Origin: Macrostomum lignano
Lineage: Eukaryota
DNA: 64,000 bases
Direction: 5' to 3'
Assembly (NCBI GenBank): GCA_002269645.1
Contig: NIVC01003187.1
Location: forward strand, 49,417-113,416
Shown: one piece after another, positions 22,122-34,000 of the stretch
Layout of the letters: the number at the start of each line of letters is the position of its first letter
How positions within the stretch are numbered: the first letter of the stretch is position 1
Notes under the pieces: model-generated
Databases searched by the model: none
What the model was told of the DNA's origin: nothing
The model's input: only the letters and a program-made list of their open reading frames with translations
Made by a program: the position numbers and the translations under genes

Positions 22122-25100
22122 TGCCAACGACTACCTGGTGTCTGCAGATCAACACCCAGCACTGCGTGGCGGCGTCGGTCAACCTGATGCGCACGGCAGA
22201 GCAACAGCTTCCGGGCCTGGTCTTCGTACAGGAGCCCTGGATGACTAAAGGTAAGCCAAATAATGTGCCATCTTGACTTACTGACTTAGCTGCAGGGGGC
22301 GTCCGGCGGATGCAGCGAGGAGGCGGAGGAGACCGCCCATTCCGCTAGCCCCTGGCGACCAACGACTTCCGTTGAAGTGGTGTCGCTCAGGGGGACCCGT
22401 CGGTCTCGCCTGCAGCGCGGTCCTCCTCACCGACGGTGGGGAAGAAATCAGCTCGTCCGGTGTCCCTGAGGTACCGGGCGAGCAGTGGGATGCTCTCGGG
22501 CCTGCAAACGTCGGAGAGAACCGGGTTTGGCCCGAGGTGAGTAAGCCTGGCCCTGGTGAAAACCGGGCAGTGGCAGATAAAATGCTCGGCGTTTTCACTG
22601 CCTGAGCGGCAGAAGGGGCACCGCTCCTCGGGTACTTGGCCCTGAAGGAAGCGGTGGCGAGAGAAGCAGCCATGCCCGGAGAGGGCCATGCTAACTGCTC
22701 TGAGGTCTCTGCGGTTGAGCCTGAGGAGGGCTCTACGCAGGAGAGGAGAGGGACAGGGGACGGCAGCACGGGATTGCCTACAATTCCGGGTGTCGTGCCA
22801 CCTGCGGAGATGCTCGGAGTCAGCCCAGCGCTTAACGCGGGAATTGATCACCGAGGCGGGGATGGGGCACCCGGGCCCGGCCCCAATAGCGCGCCGGCGG
22901 AGCCAGCCTTGGCCAGCAGGTCAGCGCGCTCGTTGCCGAGGAAGCCGGCGTGGCCCGGGATCCATCTGAGCTCCACCTGGTTGCCTAGCGCAAGCCCGTT
23001 GAGCTGGGTGTTGCAGTCCAGGACGGACCTGGAGCTGGCGGTGCTGCGGCAGAGGGCCCGAAGGGCTGCTTGGCTGTCAGAGTGAAAAATAAATTTCCGG
23101 CCGCTAAGCTGCCTTCGGCGCAGCTCTGCCGCGCAGGAGCTGATGGCAAGCACCTCGCTCTGAAAAACACTGGAGTTGAGCCCAGTGTGCTGGGAGTAGC
23201 TCCACACCACTTCTCCCTTGAAGAAGACGCAAGCTCCGAAGCCTGAAAGACCATGCCTCATAGAGCCGTCAGTGTAACAGTGGACTTCAGAGTCGCTCCA
23301 GCTGTCACTCGCCTCGTGTCGAGGCTGAATGGTGACCTTATACCTTTGGCTCAGGAGAAGGGTGGCTGGGATCGAGTCCGTGAGGATGTTGAGCCCGCCA
23401 CACTCCTCGAGAGCCTTGAGGCAGAGGTCAGAGTGCGGGATAAGCGACCGCTTCTTAAAGGCCCGCACTTTCTTGAAGGCCACCCCAGCATCCAGAAGAC
23501 GCCGGGTGCTCATCGCCGCCTCTCCTTTGATATAAATATCCAAAGGAGGGGCGCAGAGGAAGGCATTCATGCCTTCAAAAGGAGTAGAGGGTCTCAGCCT
23601 CGCCCAAGATCTCTGGTCTTTGCTGCAAAAGCTTTTGAGGCATGGATGAGACCTGATCTCTCGACTGGGGACATCTGTGTTGTTCAAATCAATAACCTCA
23701 TTCCCAATAAACCTGTGCTGGTAGCTTCTGCCTATTTCCCGGGCGATGCCCCAGTTGTCTGCGACGCGTTAGTCAACCTTACTGACTATGCTGCGTCCCA
23801 TCGGTTCGAGCTGCTCATTGCAGGGGATGTGAACGCACACCACCTGCATTGGGGCAGCAAGAACATCAATAGCAGAGGCGAGGAGCTGCTGGCCTATGTC
23901 AGCAGCACTAACCTCAACTTCTGTAACGTGGGCAATGCACCAACGTTCAATAATGGGCGGTGGGCCGAAGTCATCGACACCACCATCGCCTCACCCGGAC
24001 TGCTTTCCGCAGTTACGGGCTGGCGAGTGTGGGACGAGGACTCGCTCTCGGACCACCGCTTTATCCGCTTTTGCATTGGGCCGACCAAGCAAAAGCCTAA
24101 GGTCACTTGGAGTCGGAACGTCAGAAACACCGATTGGGCCGCCTTTGGCTCGAAGCTGAGCCGCGGCCTTCGGGATCTTGACCCCCCCAGTGACCTCTCT
24201 GACTGCCAGGTGGTGGACGATCTCGCCTCCTCCCTGGGCGGGGCGATCACCACTGCCTTTGAAGCAGCCTGCCCCCTAAAGGCCTATAAAGGCAAGAAAT
24301 CTGCTCCCTGGTGGAACCCAGAGCTCGGGGCCCTTCGGCGCCGAGCCAGGACCCTCCAAAGGCGAGCGCTCAAAACCAAAGACCCATCTGACAGAGAGGC
24401 CTATACCCGTGCGATCCACGAGTTTAAGGGCCAAGTCAGAAGGGCCAAGACGGCCAAGTGGCGCCAATATTGCGAAGGGCTTGAGGGCTCTCGCCCCGTA
24501 GCCCGCGTGGTTAAGGCACTCACTAATGACCGTTTTTCTAAACTCTCTGTTGTGAAGAGACCTGACGGCTCGGTCACAGAGAGTTCGGAAGAGACTCTAG
24601 AGCTCATGCTCAACAGTTTTTTCCCTAAATCTCCGACTCAGCAGGGCCCGCCCGACCACACAGTGGGAGGGCAAGGCCTAGCAAAGTCTATGATCACCAA
24701 AGACCGCATTATTAGAGCGGCAAGGTCCTTTAACCCGTTCAAGGCGCCTGGGCCCGACGGCATCTACCCAGCGTTCTTGCACGAGGCGGTGAAAAACCAC
24801 CGCTTCCTGGACCTGCTCTGTCGTCTCCTTCGAGCTTGTATGGAGCTGGGCTATGTACCAGTTGCATGGAGAGAGGCCCGGGTGGTCTTTATCCCCAAGC
24901 CTGGAAAGAGCGACTACCAATCGGTGAAGGCCTTCAGGCCTATCAGCCTCACTTCTTTCTGCCTCAAGCTCCTCGAGAGACTGGTGCTTTGGCGCCTACT
25001 TTCGGTCGAGCTGAAGCGCTTCCCACTCTCGCAGAACCAGCACGCCTTCCGCGCGGCAGGTCAACCGAGAGTGCTCTCCATGTCATTGTTGACTTCCTGG

Positions 25101-27112
25101 AGAGGGCCGTTCTTGGCAGCGGCTTTGCCCTCTCGCTTTTCCTGGACATTGAGGGGGCCTTCGACAACGTCATCTTCGAGGCCTTTTGCAGAGCCCTGGA
25201 ATCCAGGGCCACGCACCCTCACCTTGTCCGGTGGATCATGTTCATGATCCGAAACCGCACTGTTGTGGCCCACCTGAGCGGCAGCTCTCTTTCGGTGCCT
25301 GTCCTGAAAGGGGGCCCCCAGGGCGGCGTTCTCACCCCCGTTCTCTGGAACATGGTCATGGATGAGTTGCTTTGCAGTGATCTCCACGACCCCATTCTCA
25401 AGGTGGGCTATGCCGATGATGTGACCGCGATATGCGCGGGCCCCTCGGTTGATACCATCAGAGACCTTCTGCAGGGCTTTCTGGGACGAGCGGAGCGTTG
25501 GGCAGACCAATGTGGCCTTAGACTCTCAGAGTCGAAAACCACAGCAGTCATGTTTACCAACAAACTGCTCTGGACCATTAAGCCCCTCACCCTCTATGGA
25601 AAGAATATTTCCATGGAGAAGCAGGTCCGCTGCCTGGGCCTCACTCTGGACCACAGGCTTAACTGGACTCCGCACATTCAAACTAAAGCCAAAAAAGCCC
25701 TGGCTGTACTGGCTCAGATCAGGCGCGCCGTGGGCACCACCTGGGGGCTCACCCCCAGGAAGCTGTGGTGGATTTACACTGCCATCATCCGCCCCTCGAT
25801 CAGTTACGCCAGCCTCGTGTGGGCTAGCGGCCTGAGCGTCAAGAGCAACCTCGACGCTCTCTACAAAATCCAGGGCAGAGCCTGCCGCATGACTATGGGC
25901 GCTCCACCCTCTACTCCTTTTGAAGGCATGAATGCCTTCCTCTGCGCCCCTCCTTTGGATATTTATATCAAAGGAGAGGCGGCGATGAGCACCCGGCGTC
26001 TTCTGGATGCTGGGGTGGCCTTCAAGAAAGTGCGGGCCTTTAAGAAGCGGTCGCTTATCCCGCACTCTGACCTCTGCCTCAAGGCTCTCGAGGAGTGTGG
26101 CGGGCTCAACATCCTCACGGACTCGATCCCAGCCACCCTTCTCCTGAGCCAAAGGTATAAGGTCACCATTCAGCCTCGACACGAGGCGAGTGACAGCTGG
26201 AGCGACTCTGAAGTCCACTGTTACACTGACGGCTCTATGAGGCATGGTCTTTCAGGCTTCGGAGCTTGCGTCTTCTTCAAGGGAGAAGTGGTGTGGAGCT
26301 ACTCCCAGCACACTGGGCTCAACTCCAGTGTTTTTCAGAGCGAGGTGCTTGCCATCAGCTCCTGCGCGGCAGAGCTGCGCCGAAGGCAGCTTAGCGGCCG
26401 GAAATTTATTTTTCACTCTGACAGCCAAGCAGCCCTTCGGGCCCTCTGCCGCAGCACCGCCAGCTCCAGGTCCGTCCTGGACTGCAACACCCAGCTCAAC
26501 GGGCTTGCGCTAGGCAACCAGGTGGAGCTCAGATGGATCCCGGGCCACGCCGGCTTCCTCGGCAACGAGCGCGCTGACCTGCTGGCCAAGGCTGGCTCCG
26601 CCGGCGCGCTATTGGGGCCGGGCCCGGGTGCCCCCATCCCCGCCTCGGTGATCAATTCCCGCGTTAAGCGCTGGGCTGACTCCGAGCATCTCCGCAGGTG
26701 GCACGACACCCGGAATTGTAGGCAATCCCGTGCTGCCGTCCCCTGTCCCTCTCCTCTCCTGCGTAGAGCCCTCCTCAGGCTCAACCGCAGAGACCTCAGA
26801 GCAGTTAGCATGGCCCTCTCCGGGCATGGCTGCTTCTCTCGCCACCGCTTCCTTCAGGGCCAAGTACCCGAGGAGCGGTGCCCCTTCTGCCGCTCAGGCA
26901 GTGAAAACGCCGAGCATTTTATCTGCCACTGCCCGGTTTTCACCAGGGCCAGGCTTACTCACCTCGGGCCAAACCCGGTTCTCTCCGACGTTTGCAGGCC
27001 CGAGAGCATCCCACTGCTCGCCCGGTACCTCAGGGACACCGGACGAGCTGATTTCTTCCCCACCGTCGGTGAGGAGGACCGCGCTGCAGGCGAGACCGAC
27101 GGGTCCCCCTGA
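22118..27112 (+). pseudogene. LINE ORF2 (APE-RT-RNase H-zinc finger), interrupted at 22273-23592 and frameshifted near 25057
   Basis: APE motifs QINTQH, VQEPW, GDVNAHH, SDHR; RT motifs KAPGPDG, FRPISLTS, FLDIEGAFDNV, GGPQGGVLTP, YADD; RNase H motifs YTDGS, FQSEV, SDSQAA, WIPGHAGFLGNERAD; CPFC...HFICHCP. Confidence 0.93.
22273..23592 (-). mobile_element. Inverted 1.32-kb copy of the same LINE's 3' end (matches 25906-27227), inserted in the endonuclease region
   Basis: Minus-strand ORFs reproduce the RNase H and zinc-finger peptide exactly; begins with the reverse-complement tail TTGACTTACTGACTTAG; only single-base indel differences noticed; no TSD at its junctions. Confidence 0.93.
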
Positions 27113-28149
27113 GCGACACCACTTCAACGGAAGTCGTTGGTCGCCAGGGGCTAGCGGAATGGGCGGTCTCCTCCGCCTCCTCGCTGCATCCGCCGGACGC
27201 CCCCTGCAGCTAAGTCAAGTAAGTCAAGTGGTGGTTTTAGGCGTTGTGAAATTTAGGTCTTATGAAAGCGTCCCCCCCCCCTCTGTGGCTGTGGCCCTTT
27301 GTCCTTACACGGCCCCTGGCCTGAAGCAAATAGATGTTTTAGCTTTAGTTAGGTCTGCATTATACTCTCATAATTCTAACCAGTCATAACACACCCCAAG
27401 GCAGATGATAGGCTTGTAAGAGCCAGCAACTGCCCTCCAGTGTGTCCCGAAGGACCCAAACGGGCAAGAAGAGTAGGGTCGATTCTCTCTATCTCTGGGC
27501 TTAGCCTTGCAGTTAAAGGGGGAGAGAGGGAGCGCATAAACAAGCAGGGCAGGGAGGGGACCAGGAGTAAATAAAGGGTAAGATTTGGGGTGGGGCTAGG
27601 TGTACTCTTAGCTTCAGATCACGTGCCCTTTGAGTGAACCCGATTTCTAATATAGTTTTACTGTTTGATAAAATTAATTGCATTTTCTAACCATTCTACT
27701 GCTAGTAACAGTAATAAATTTTACTTCTAAAAAAGTTGCTCAAACAAATTAACCGACCGTGCCTAGGAATCCAGACTTCAATCGTACAATCAGGATTTTT
27801 GTACAAAATCAACTGGTCTTTTCAAAGTTGAGATGCAATTGACACCGTTGGCAAAAAAAATGTACCAAACTCAAGTAAACTCAAAGCGAGTGCCACCACG
27901 CGGCCCTGACGAGCGGGCACCTCCAACATCGTGATTTTTCTATTAACGCACCAAACCAGGCATGTCTGCATATTATACAATGGTCCTGCACCATGTTCAG
28001 CATTCAGCTCTGTCTGGACGACCTTCAGGACCTTCAACGGTGCCAAGCTATTCCTGCTGACATCGGCTGGGAATCCGGAGATTCGGGATGACATGGACAT
28101 CTGCTGTCTTCAATGCGGAAATCTGCACTGGCAAAGGACACTGCTGTCC

Positions 28150-29022
28150 ACTACTTTTGCATCACAGGAATCCGATGTTCGTCTGGCCAAGGGCTCAGAG
28201 GTGTGGAGTGGTGAGCAAGTTGTTTGCCGCTTGGCTGATCCATTCAGAGGACACTGGTATAACATCACATGTGACAGATTCTTCTCGAGTCCTGCGCTGG
28301 CCAATCACTTGTACCGAGAAATGGGATTCACATTTCACCATGATGCGAACTCGTGGTGGCCTGCCAGCCGATCTCAAGAATTCAACTCAAACCATGGCTC
28401 CACACAAGATCGAATTCCGGTTTTCTGAGGAGCTCACGTGTGTGTCCTACTGCCCCAAGGCGGGCCGAAACGTGATGTTGCTGTCCACCATGCATCACGA
28501 CAGCAATTGCTTCCCAATGGCAAGCCTGTAGCAATAGGCACGTACTACAATTCCACCAAGAGTGGCACGGACACCTGCAACAGGATGTTCCGCACATCCG
28601 AGTCCGACTGCAAGCGAAAGTCCGACTCATGCGAGAAGGCAATCTTCTCCGGCGGCGTACTCAACATAGCAGCTGTGAATGCCGCTGCTATCTGGACACT
28701 GGCGCACCCGGAGCTCTGCGCCTCGCCGAACTATCGCAACGAGTTCCAGCGCAAGGCAGCTGCGCAACTTCTGCAACCTCTGATCGAGGAGCGCTCGCAA
28801 TCGGCCGCTCTTCAGAATCTGTCCGATCATCACCGGCTGATGTTCCAGCTCGCAGGTTGTCAAATCAACGACGAGCAAATGAAGGAACAGGCACGCGAAG
28901 AGGCGGCTGTGGTGTCAGTTGGTGGCAAAAAGCGCTGTGCAACATGCGCGAGACAAAAGTCAAAGGACGAGAAGCGTGCCTTGTGTGCGACAACAAGGAA
29001 GTGCTGCATGTGGGACGAATGA
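28150..29022 (+). pseudogene. Degenerate piggyBac-family (PGBD-like) transposase fragment
   Basis: Across frameshifts: YNITCDRFFSSPALANHL, FRFSEELTCVSYCPKAGRNVMLLSTMHH, YYNSTKSGTDTCNRM, LNIAAVNAAAIW, and a Cys-rich C-terminus; flanked by inverted ~150-bp repeats (27890-28045 vs 29260-29600). Confidence 0.8.
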
Positions 29023-29668
29023 ATTTGCCGAAGACACTGCGATGGAAGAGACAGTGAGTCACCATTACTGCGCACGTTTTGCACCAAATTTAATAGAGAC
29101 AATTGATTCCGCTTTTGTGTCTATGTGTCGGTGTTCAGATCCTTCCGCTCTGAATTTGCTGTAATATCATTTTTGACAAATTAAATATTTTATAATTTTT
29201 AGTCGCCAGTTAAATATGTAACTCTCCAATTTAACAAGGTGCAAAAGCATTTTATAATATACAGACATGCCTGGTTTGGTGCCTTGATAAAAAAATCACG
29301 ATGTTGGAGGTGCCCGCTCGTCAGGGCCGCGTGGTGGCACTCCGTTGAAGGTCCCGAAGGTCGTCCAGACAGAGCTGAATGCTGAACATGGTGTAGGATT
29401 ATTTTATAATATGCAAACATTCCTGGTTTGGTGCCTTGAAAGAAAAATCACGATGTTGGCGGTGTCAGCTCGTCGGGGCTTCGTGGTGGCACTCGTTGAA
29501 GGTCCCGAAGGTCACCTGTATGTCGGATGTTGGAGGTGCCCGCTCGTCAGGGCCGCGTGGTGGCACTCCGTTGAAGGTCCCGAAGGTCGCCTGTATGTCT
29601 ACAGGTCAGCCTAGAGGGTCGCCATCGTCCATTTCATTCATCGATTATCCAACGGCGACGGTGCGGTA

Positions 29669-29973
29669 CGAAGGGGCCTGATCTGCTACAACTTGGACTA
29701 GCTCGGCATGAATTTTGGTTGCGTTTTCACCGAGCTGCGATCGCATGAAAACATAAAATCTCCACTGATTAGCAGTGATATTTTCCATTTGAAGGCTGAA
29801 AACGAGACTGTACGTTAATCAAAATGCTCTAGGAAGCGAAAAAATCAGTGCAATGAGCTGAAAATTTATGAACAAACGCAAAATATACTCATATGAGATT
29901 TAAGAATGGTTACATTTAAACGTTTATTTAAAAAGTTATGAGCCAGTTGCCAAGACTTTTTGCGCACCCCTCG
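29669..29973. mobile_element. Possible degenerate mariner-like MITE
   Basis: TA|CGAAGGGG ... CCCCTCG|TA ends with weak further pairing; the right end reads TACGAGGGGTGCGCAAAAAGT on the minus strand. Confidence 0.3.
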
Positions 29974-31097
29974 TATTCCATTTCAGTTTTGGGAACGCAG
30001 CCGTCTCTGAGATGCCGATCGGGTGCTTTTGTTGAAGGTCCCAACGGTCGCCGCCGATGCTCCAGACGGAGATGAAGGGGACCCTGGTGCCTGGGACGCT
30101 GAGAAAAAAGGCCTCTACGACAGATGGACCCAGATTATAGAGCCAATAGGGATTCACCACAAAAGTTTATACAGTGTAGTGTTTGCTGTCCTTGCCACTA
30201 GTGTCTTGGACAAAAATCGTTGAATATCTCGACGATGCTGACGTCGGATGACTTTGAAAGTTAGTTCGTCGGAAAGGGCGGAAAATTTTGATCGATATGG
30301 TGGACTTTTACGAAAATCGGTAATTCGGTTTGCGAGCTATCGTGAAATGGGTCGTGTGTATTTGTAATACACCCCCGTGGTCTTTCCCCACGGGGAAAAA
30401 TAGCGTGGTCTTTCTACTGTTAAGTGTCACTATGTGGGGCAGAGAGTGTTCTGGGGCTTTGGAACACCAGGTCTTCAGTGGGGCGGGATATGTGAAGTGG
30501 AGGGGCATGGTCCCTTTCTGCTAAGGAAAACAACAAAAAATTCTTAAAACAAAAATATCAGAAGCTACTCGTCTGTGCGCATAAAATTTTTTCACTACAT
30601 TCCAATGAAACTTGATGGTGCCATAAATTAATTTACAAAAAACTTTTTAGCGCTGACATGGGCAATAAAACTTGCTTTTATTAGCTAATCATAAAAAAAA
30701 GCTTTAGGTACGCTCGTAGTTAGAAAATGGTTTAAATGACAGAGCGGCAGAAAAAAAGTAAGAAAGAGCGGCAGGTGGCTCAACGACTCAAACAATCGGC
30801 CATGGCAACCGAACTCTGTCAATTATTACAAAGCTTCATCGCGCTGGTCTAACACAGTCCTCTGGCCCAGCAGGAGGCTCGAATGTGCGTTTAGAGACAG
30901 AGAGAAAGAGAGAGAGAGAGAGAGTAGCGCAGAGACAGGAGAGTGGCAGCCGGTGAAGCACAGAAATGTGCAGTGCGAACTGCCAAGTGGCGGCGAGGCG
31001 CTCATTTAACTTGGCTGGCTTAGACCGAAACCCCCTGCCCATCGCGTGAGAGCGCTCTTTCTCATGCTAACTCTGGCGGCCGGAGCAGGCTAAGGCT

Positions 31098-34000
31098 ATG
31101 CAGAATTCGCCTCAGCGGCAAGGGCAGCAGCGGAGGCCGCAGAAACTGCAGCTGAAGCCGATGCAGCCACCGGCGGCGAGGCATCAGCTGGCTGACCTGG
31201 GCGCCTCCGGCAAGCTGGTGACATTCTACCGGAATGGCGATCCGCACTTTCGCGGCCTAGGCGTCTCCATTAACGATCGGACTTTTGTTTCCATGGCAAC
31301 GCTGACCGCTTGGCTGAACGAAAAAATAAGCACGCCGTCGGGAGTGAGACACGTCTTTAGACTGCCAGATGGGAAACAGGTTCGAGTCTTTGTGTGGAAT
31401 ACGTGCAATTATGCTGACTAGCATAGACAGATGGAGAAGTAGTTTCAGCTAAAACAAGAAAGCTGACACTTACGAGTATCGGAGCGGCGGGTAACGCGTC
31501 CTACGATTCAGTCCCAGGGTTCGATTCGACGCACGATCGTAGAATAATCTGGGGTTTGTGGACGGAATGTGTGGGCGTACTCAGGGGCCGGCACAGCCTC
31601 CTGTGATTTTATGACAAACTATTCCTGTCCACCTGTCTACCCGAATTCTATTTTGCAAGGTGACGCAACTTGCCGATTTTGAGGCCGGCGGTCACTACGT
31701 GGTGTCCAGCAGCCCCAAGCTGGTCCGCTCTGTAGAGTACGGCGGTCCTCGGCCGGCCTGGCGAATGAAGCCGCCGAGCGCCAAAGCCGGTAAGCGCACC
31801 CGCGACGATCTTCGTCTGCTGTTCGGTCGGGAAAGCGCCGGGATCGCCGGCGAAAGCGACGAGCAGCGCCGACACCTGCAGCGGCACGGAGCTGCCGGCC
31901 CGAGGAGCGGCGGTGATGCGACTGGCCAGGGAGCTCCGAGCAAGCCGCGCAGCGTGGTCTTCATCAGCAACACGCACCGGCAGAGCCGGGAGCGCCTGCT
32001 GATCAACCCAGGCAAGGCTGCCGCAGCTGACGGGCTGGATACTATGTTGGAGGACCTCGGCAGCCTGCTGGTGATGGCCAACCCGCCTGCTACTTGCCTT
32101 TACACAGCCTACCCGCCATACAGAAAGGTTTGCTGGAAAATTTCTAATGCTTTTTCTTATGAAACTGTAGATACGAAAGTATAAAACGTCCTTCTGCAGG
32201 TAATAAAGCTGTCGCAACTGTTCAGCGAGTACAAAGACTACGACAGTTTCATCGCCTGCGGCCAAGAATTCCTGCCAGCAGAGTTGCGCAGCCGACCGCT
32301 GGAGGCGGCTGCTGTCTGGGGTGACGAACCCATACGTGGCGGCGGCGTTGGAGACGGCAGTGAAGGAGGGGCGCAAAGACTAGGAAGGCTGGAGCCGGTG
32401 GCGCCAACGTCCGGGCAGGTCAACGGGTCGACGCAGATGCAACAGGCTCAGGCGCAGCAGCAGACGCAGCAGCCACCGCAATCACCATTGCCACCGCCGC
32501 CTCCTCCGCCGCCGCCTCAGTGGCCTCGCAATGGCGAGGAGAATCGGCTTGATGAGCAGCAGCGACTGCGGCTGCTTCAACTCCAGCAGGAGCAGCTTCA
32601 GGTTCAGCAGCAGCAGCAACTGGGAGACAGGAGCCCGGCAGTTGGTATGGAGTTTCTCTAATAGAACAGAAAGCACTGTGCTAGTTTTCACTGGGCCAGC
32701 TATTTTTTATGTTTTGCCCCTTATCTCACAGCCGGCAGATACGAAGCAGCAGAAGACAGCGACGCTGTTAACAGTGAAGATGAAGAGATTGGCAGCTTCC
32801 AGCAGCTCCCGCAGCTGTCGGGTCGCGAGTCGATGCAGAAACCTCCAGCGGCTACCGTCAGAATCCGCGGAACCTTACACAGTGAGCTGCTGCTTATTTT
32901 TTTACTTCAACCATCATCAACAAGCACTTGCTCCAGCTGCCCGTTCCACCCTCAACCGCCCGCTACTTCCAGCTTTCCCAGCTCCCACAGCAACAGTGCC
33001 GAGTCGTCAACAGCTGCAGCCACCGGACGTGTCTCTCCATTTGGATTGGGTCTACGGCTGCAATAGCTCGGCGGGCCTGCTGGCGCTGCCTACCGGGGAC
33101 CTGCTGTACGCCTCCGGAAATGTTCTGATCCTACTGGACTCAAAACGGCATAGACAGAGGCACTACACTGAGCACACTGCACTGGTCACGTGGTAAGTTG
33201 TGGGGCAGTGAAGCCATGCAGCCACTGAGACGAAGATGCGTGGGTGATCGTGCGTTGGTACCTGCGTAGTGCGGGTTCAGGGGTCAGCGACTGACGTCTT
33301 GATAGCTTCGGGTCTACTGTTGCCTTGGTTTTTAGCAGAGCCCAGAAAACCCCTCGCCTGGCGAATTCTCTGAGGACAAAGAACCCAGGATGGTCGTGAG
33401 ATTGGAACTGAGGAAAAGCAAGGCATTTGCGTTGTATTATTGTCGGTTGTATTGTACGGGTATGACTTGCCTGGCTTGGCTTTTTCCCCTAGACCATATC
33501 CAGACTGAGTCGCTCTGCTTGCCCAAAAATCCGCAGCGCCGCAGCCCACCCTGTGAATGCCTACATCGCCTCTGGCCAGGCGGCATCCCGATCCGGAGCT
33601 CCAGTCCAAATCCGCATCTGGGACGCCGAGAGTCTGGAGACTCGGGTTGTCTTGTCCGAGCCGCATCTGCAGACTGGCATCACGTCGATTTCATTTTCGG
33701 GTGAAAGCCTCGGAGCTTACCTGCTCGCTGTGGACTCGCCGAAGCCGCCCGGACATCGACAGACGTTGACTGTCTTTGACTGGGCAGCCCGTCGGGAGGT
33801 GCTGAAGTCGCAGACTGCGCGAGATCAAATCAGTCGAGCTGTGTTCCACCCGGAGGACGACTCAATAATCGTGACTGTGGGCGCCGAGCGACCGAGCTTC
33901 TGGCGCATCTTCCATGACAGTGCGGGCCGGAGCCGGGCACTGCGCGACAAAAAGAGCGGCGTGTTTGCACCTGGATCAGCGGCACCAAGCCAGAAAGATG

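Larger units (their letters stand above)
20126..27227 (+). mobile_element. Near full-length non-LTR retrotransposon (APE endonuclease, RT, RNase H, CCHC finger; I/R1/LOA-like group) with a 14-bp TSD
   Basis: TSD GTGGTGGTTTTAGG at 20112-20125 and 27228-27241; 3' tail (TAAGTCAAG)x2; two ORFs overlapping at ATGA (22118-22121). Confidence 0.95.
19685..27281. mobile_element. Non-autonomous foldback element (~480 bp when the LINE is removed) built of CGCCTAAATTTCA sub-repeats, split by the LINE insertion
   Basis: Left end GGGGGGGCGCTTCATAAGACCTAAATTTCACAACGCCTAAA (19685) is the reverse complement of TTTAGGCGTTGTGAAATTTAGGTCTTATGAAAGCGTCCCCCCC (about 27236-27281); sub-repeats switch orientation near 19990. 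Confidence 0.85.

Noticed and set aside
23253-25247. 664-aa ORF as a real fusion protein
   Set aside because: Its first ~110 codons are the antisense strand of the inverted LINE fragment reading by chance into the endonuclease frame
20210-27389. Numerous 60-240-aa ORFs antisense or out of frame to the LINE ORFs
   Set aside because: Expected shadows of GC-rich coding sequence; no independent motifs
31485-31535. tRNA gene (GGGTTCGATTCG box-B-like word)
   Set aside because: No complete cloverleaf or box A spacing; at most a decayed SINE head
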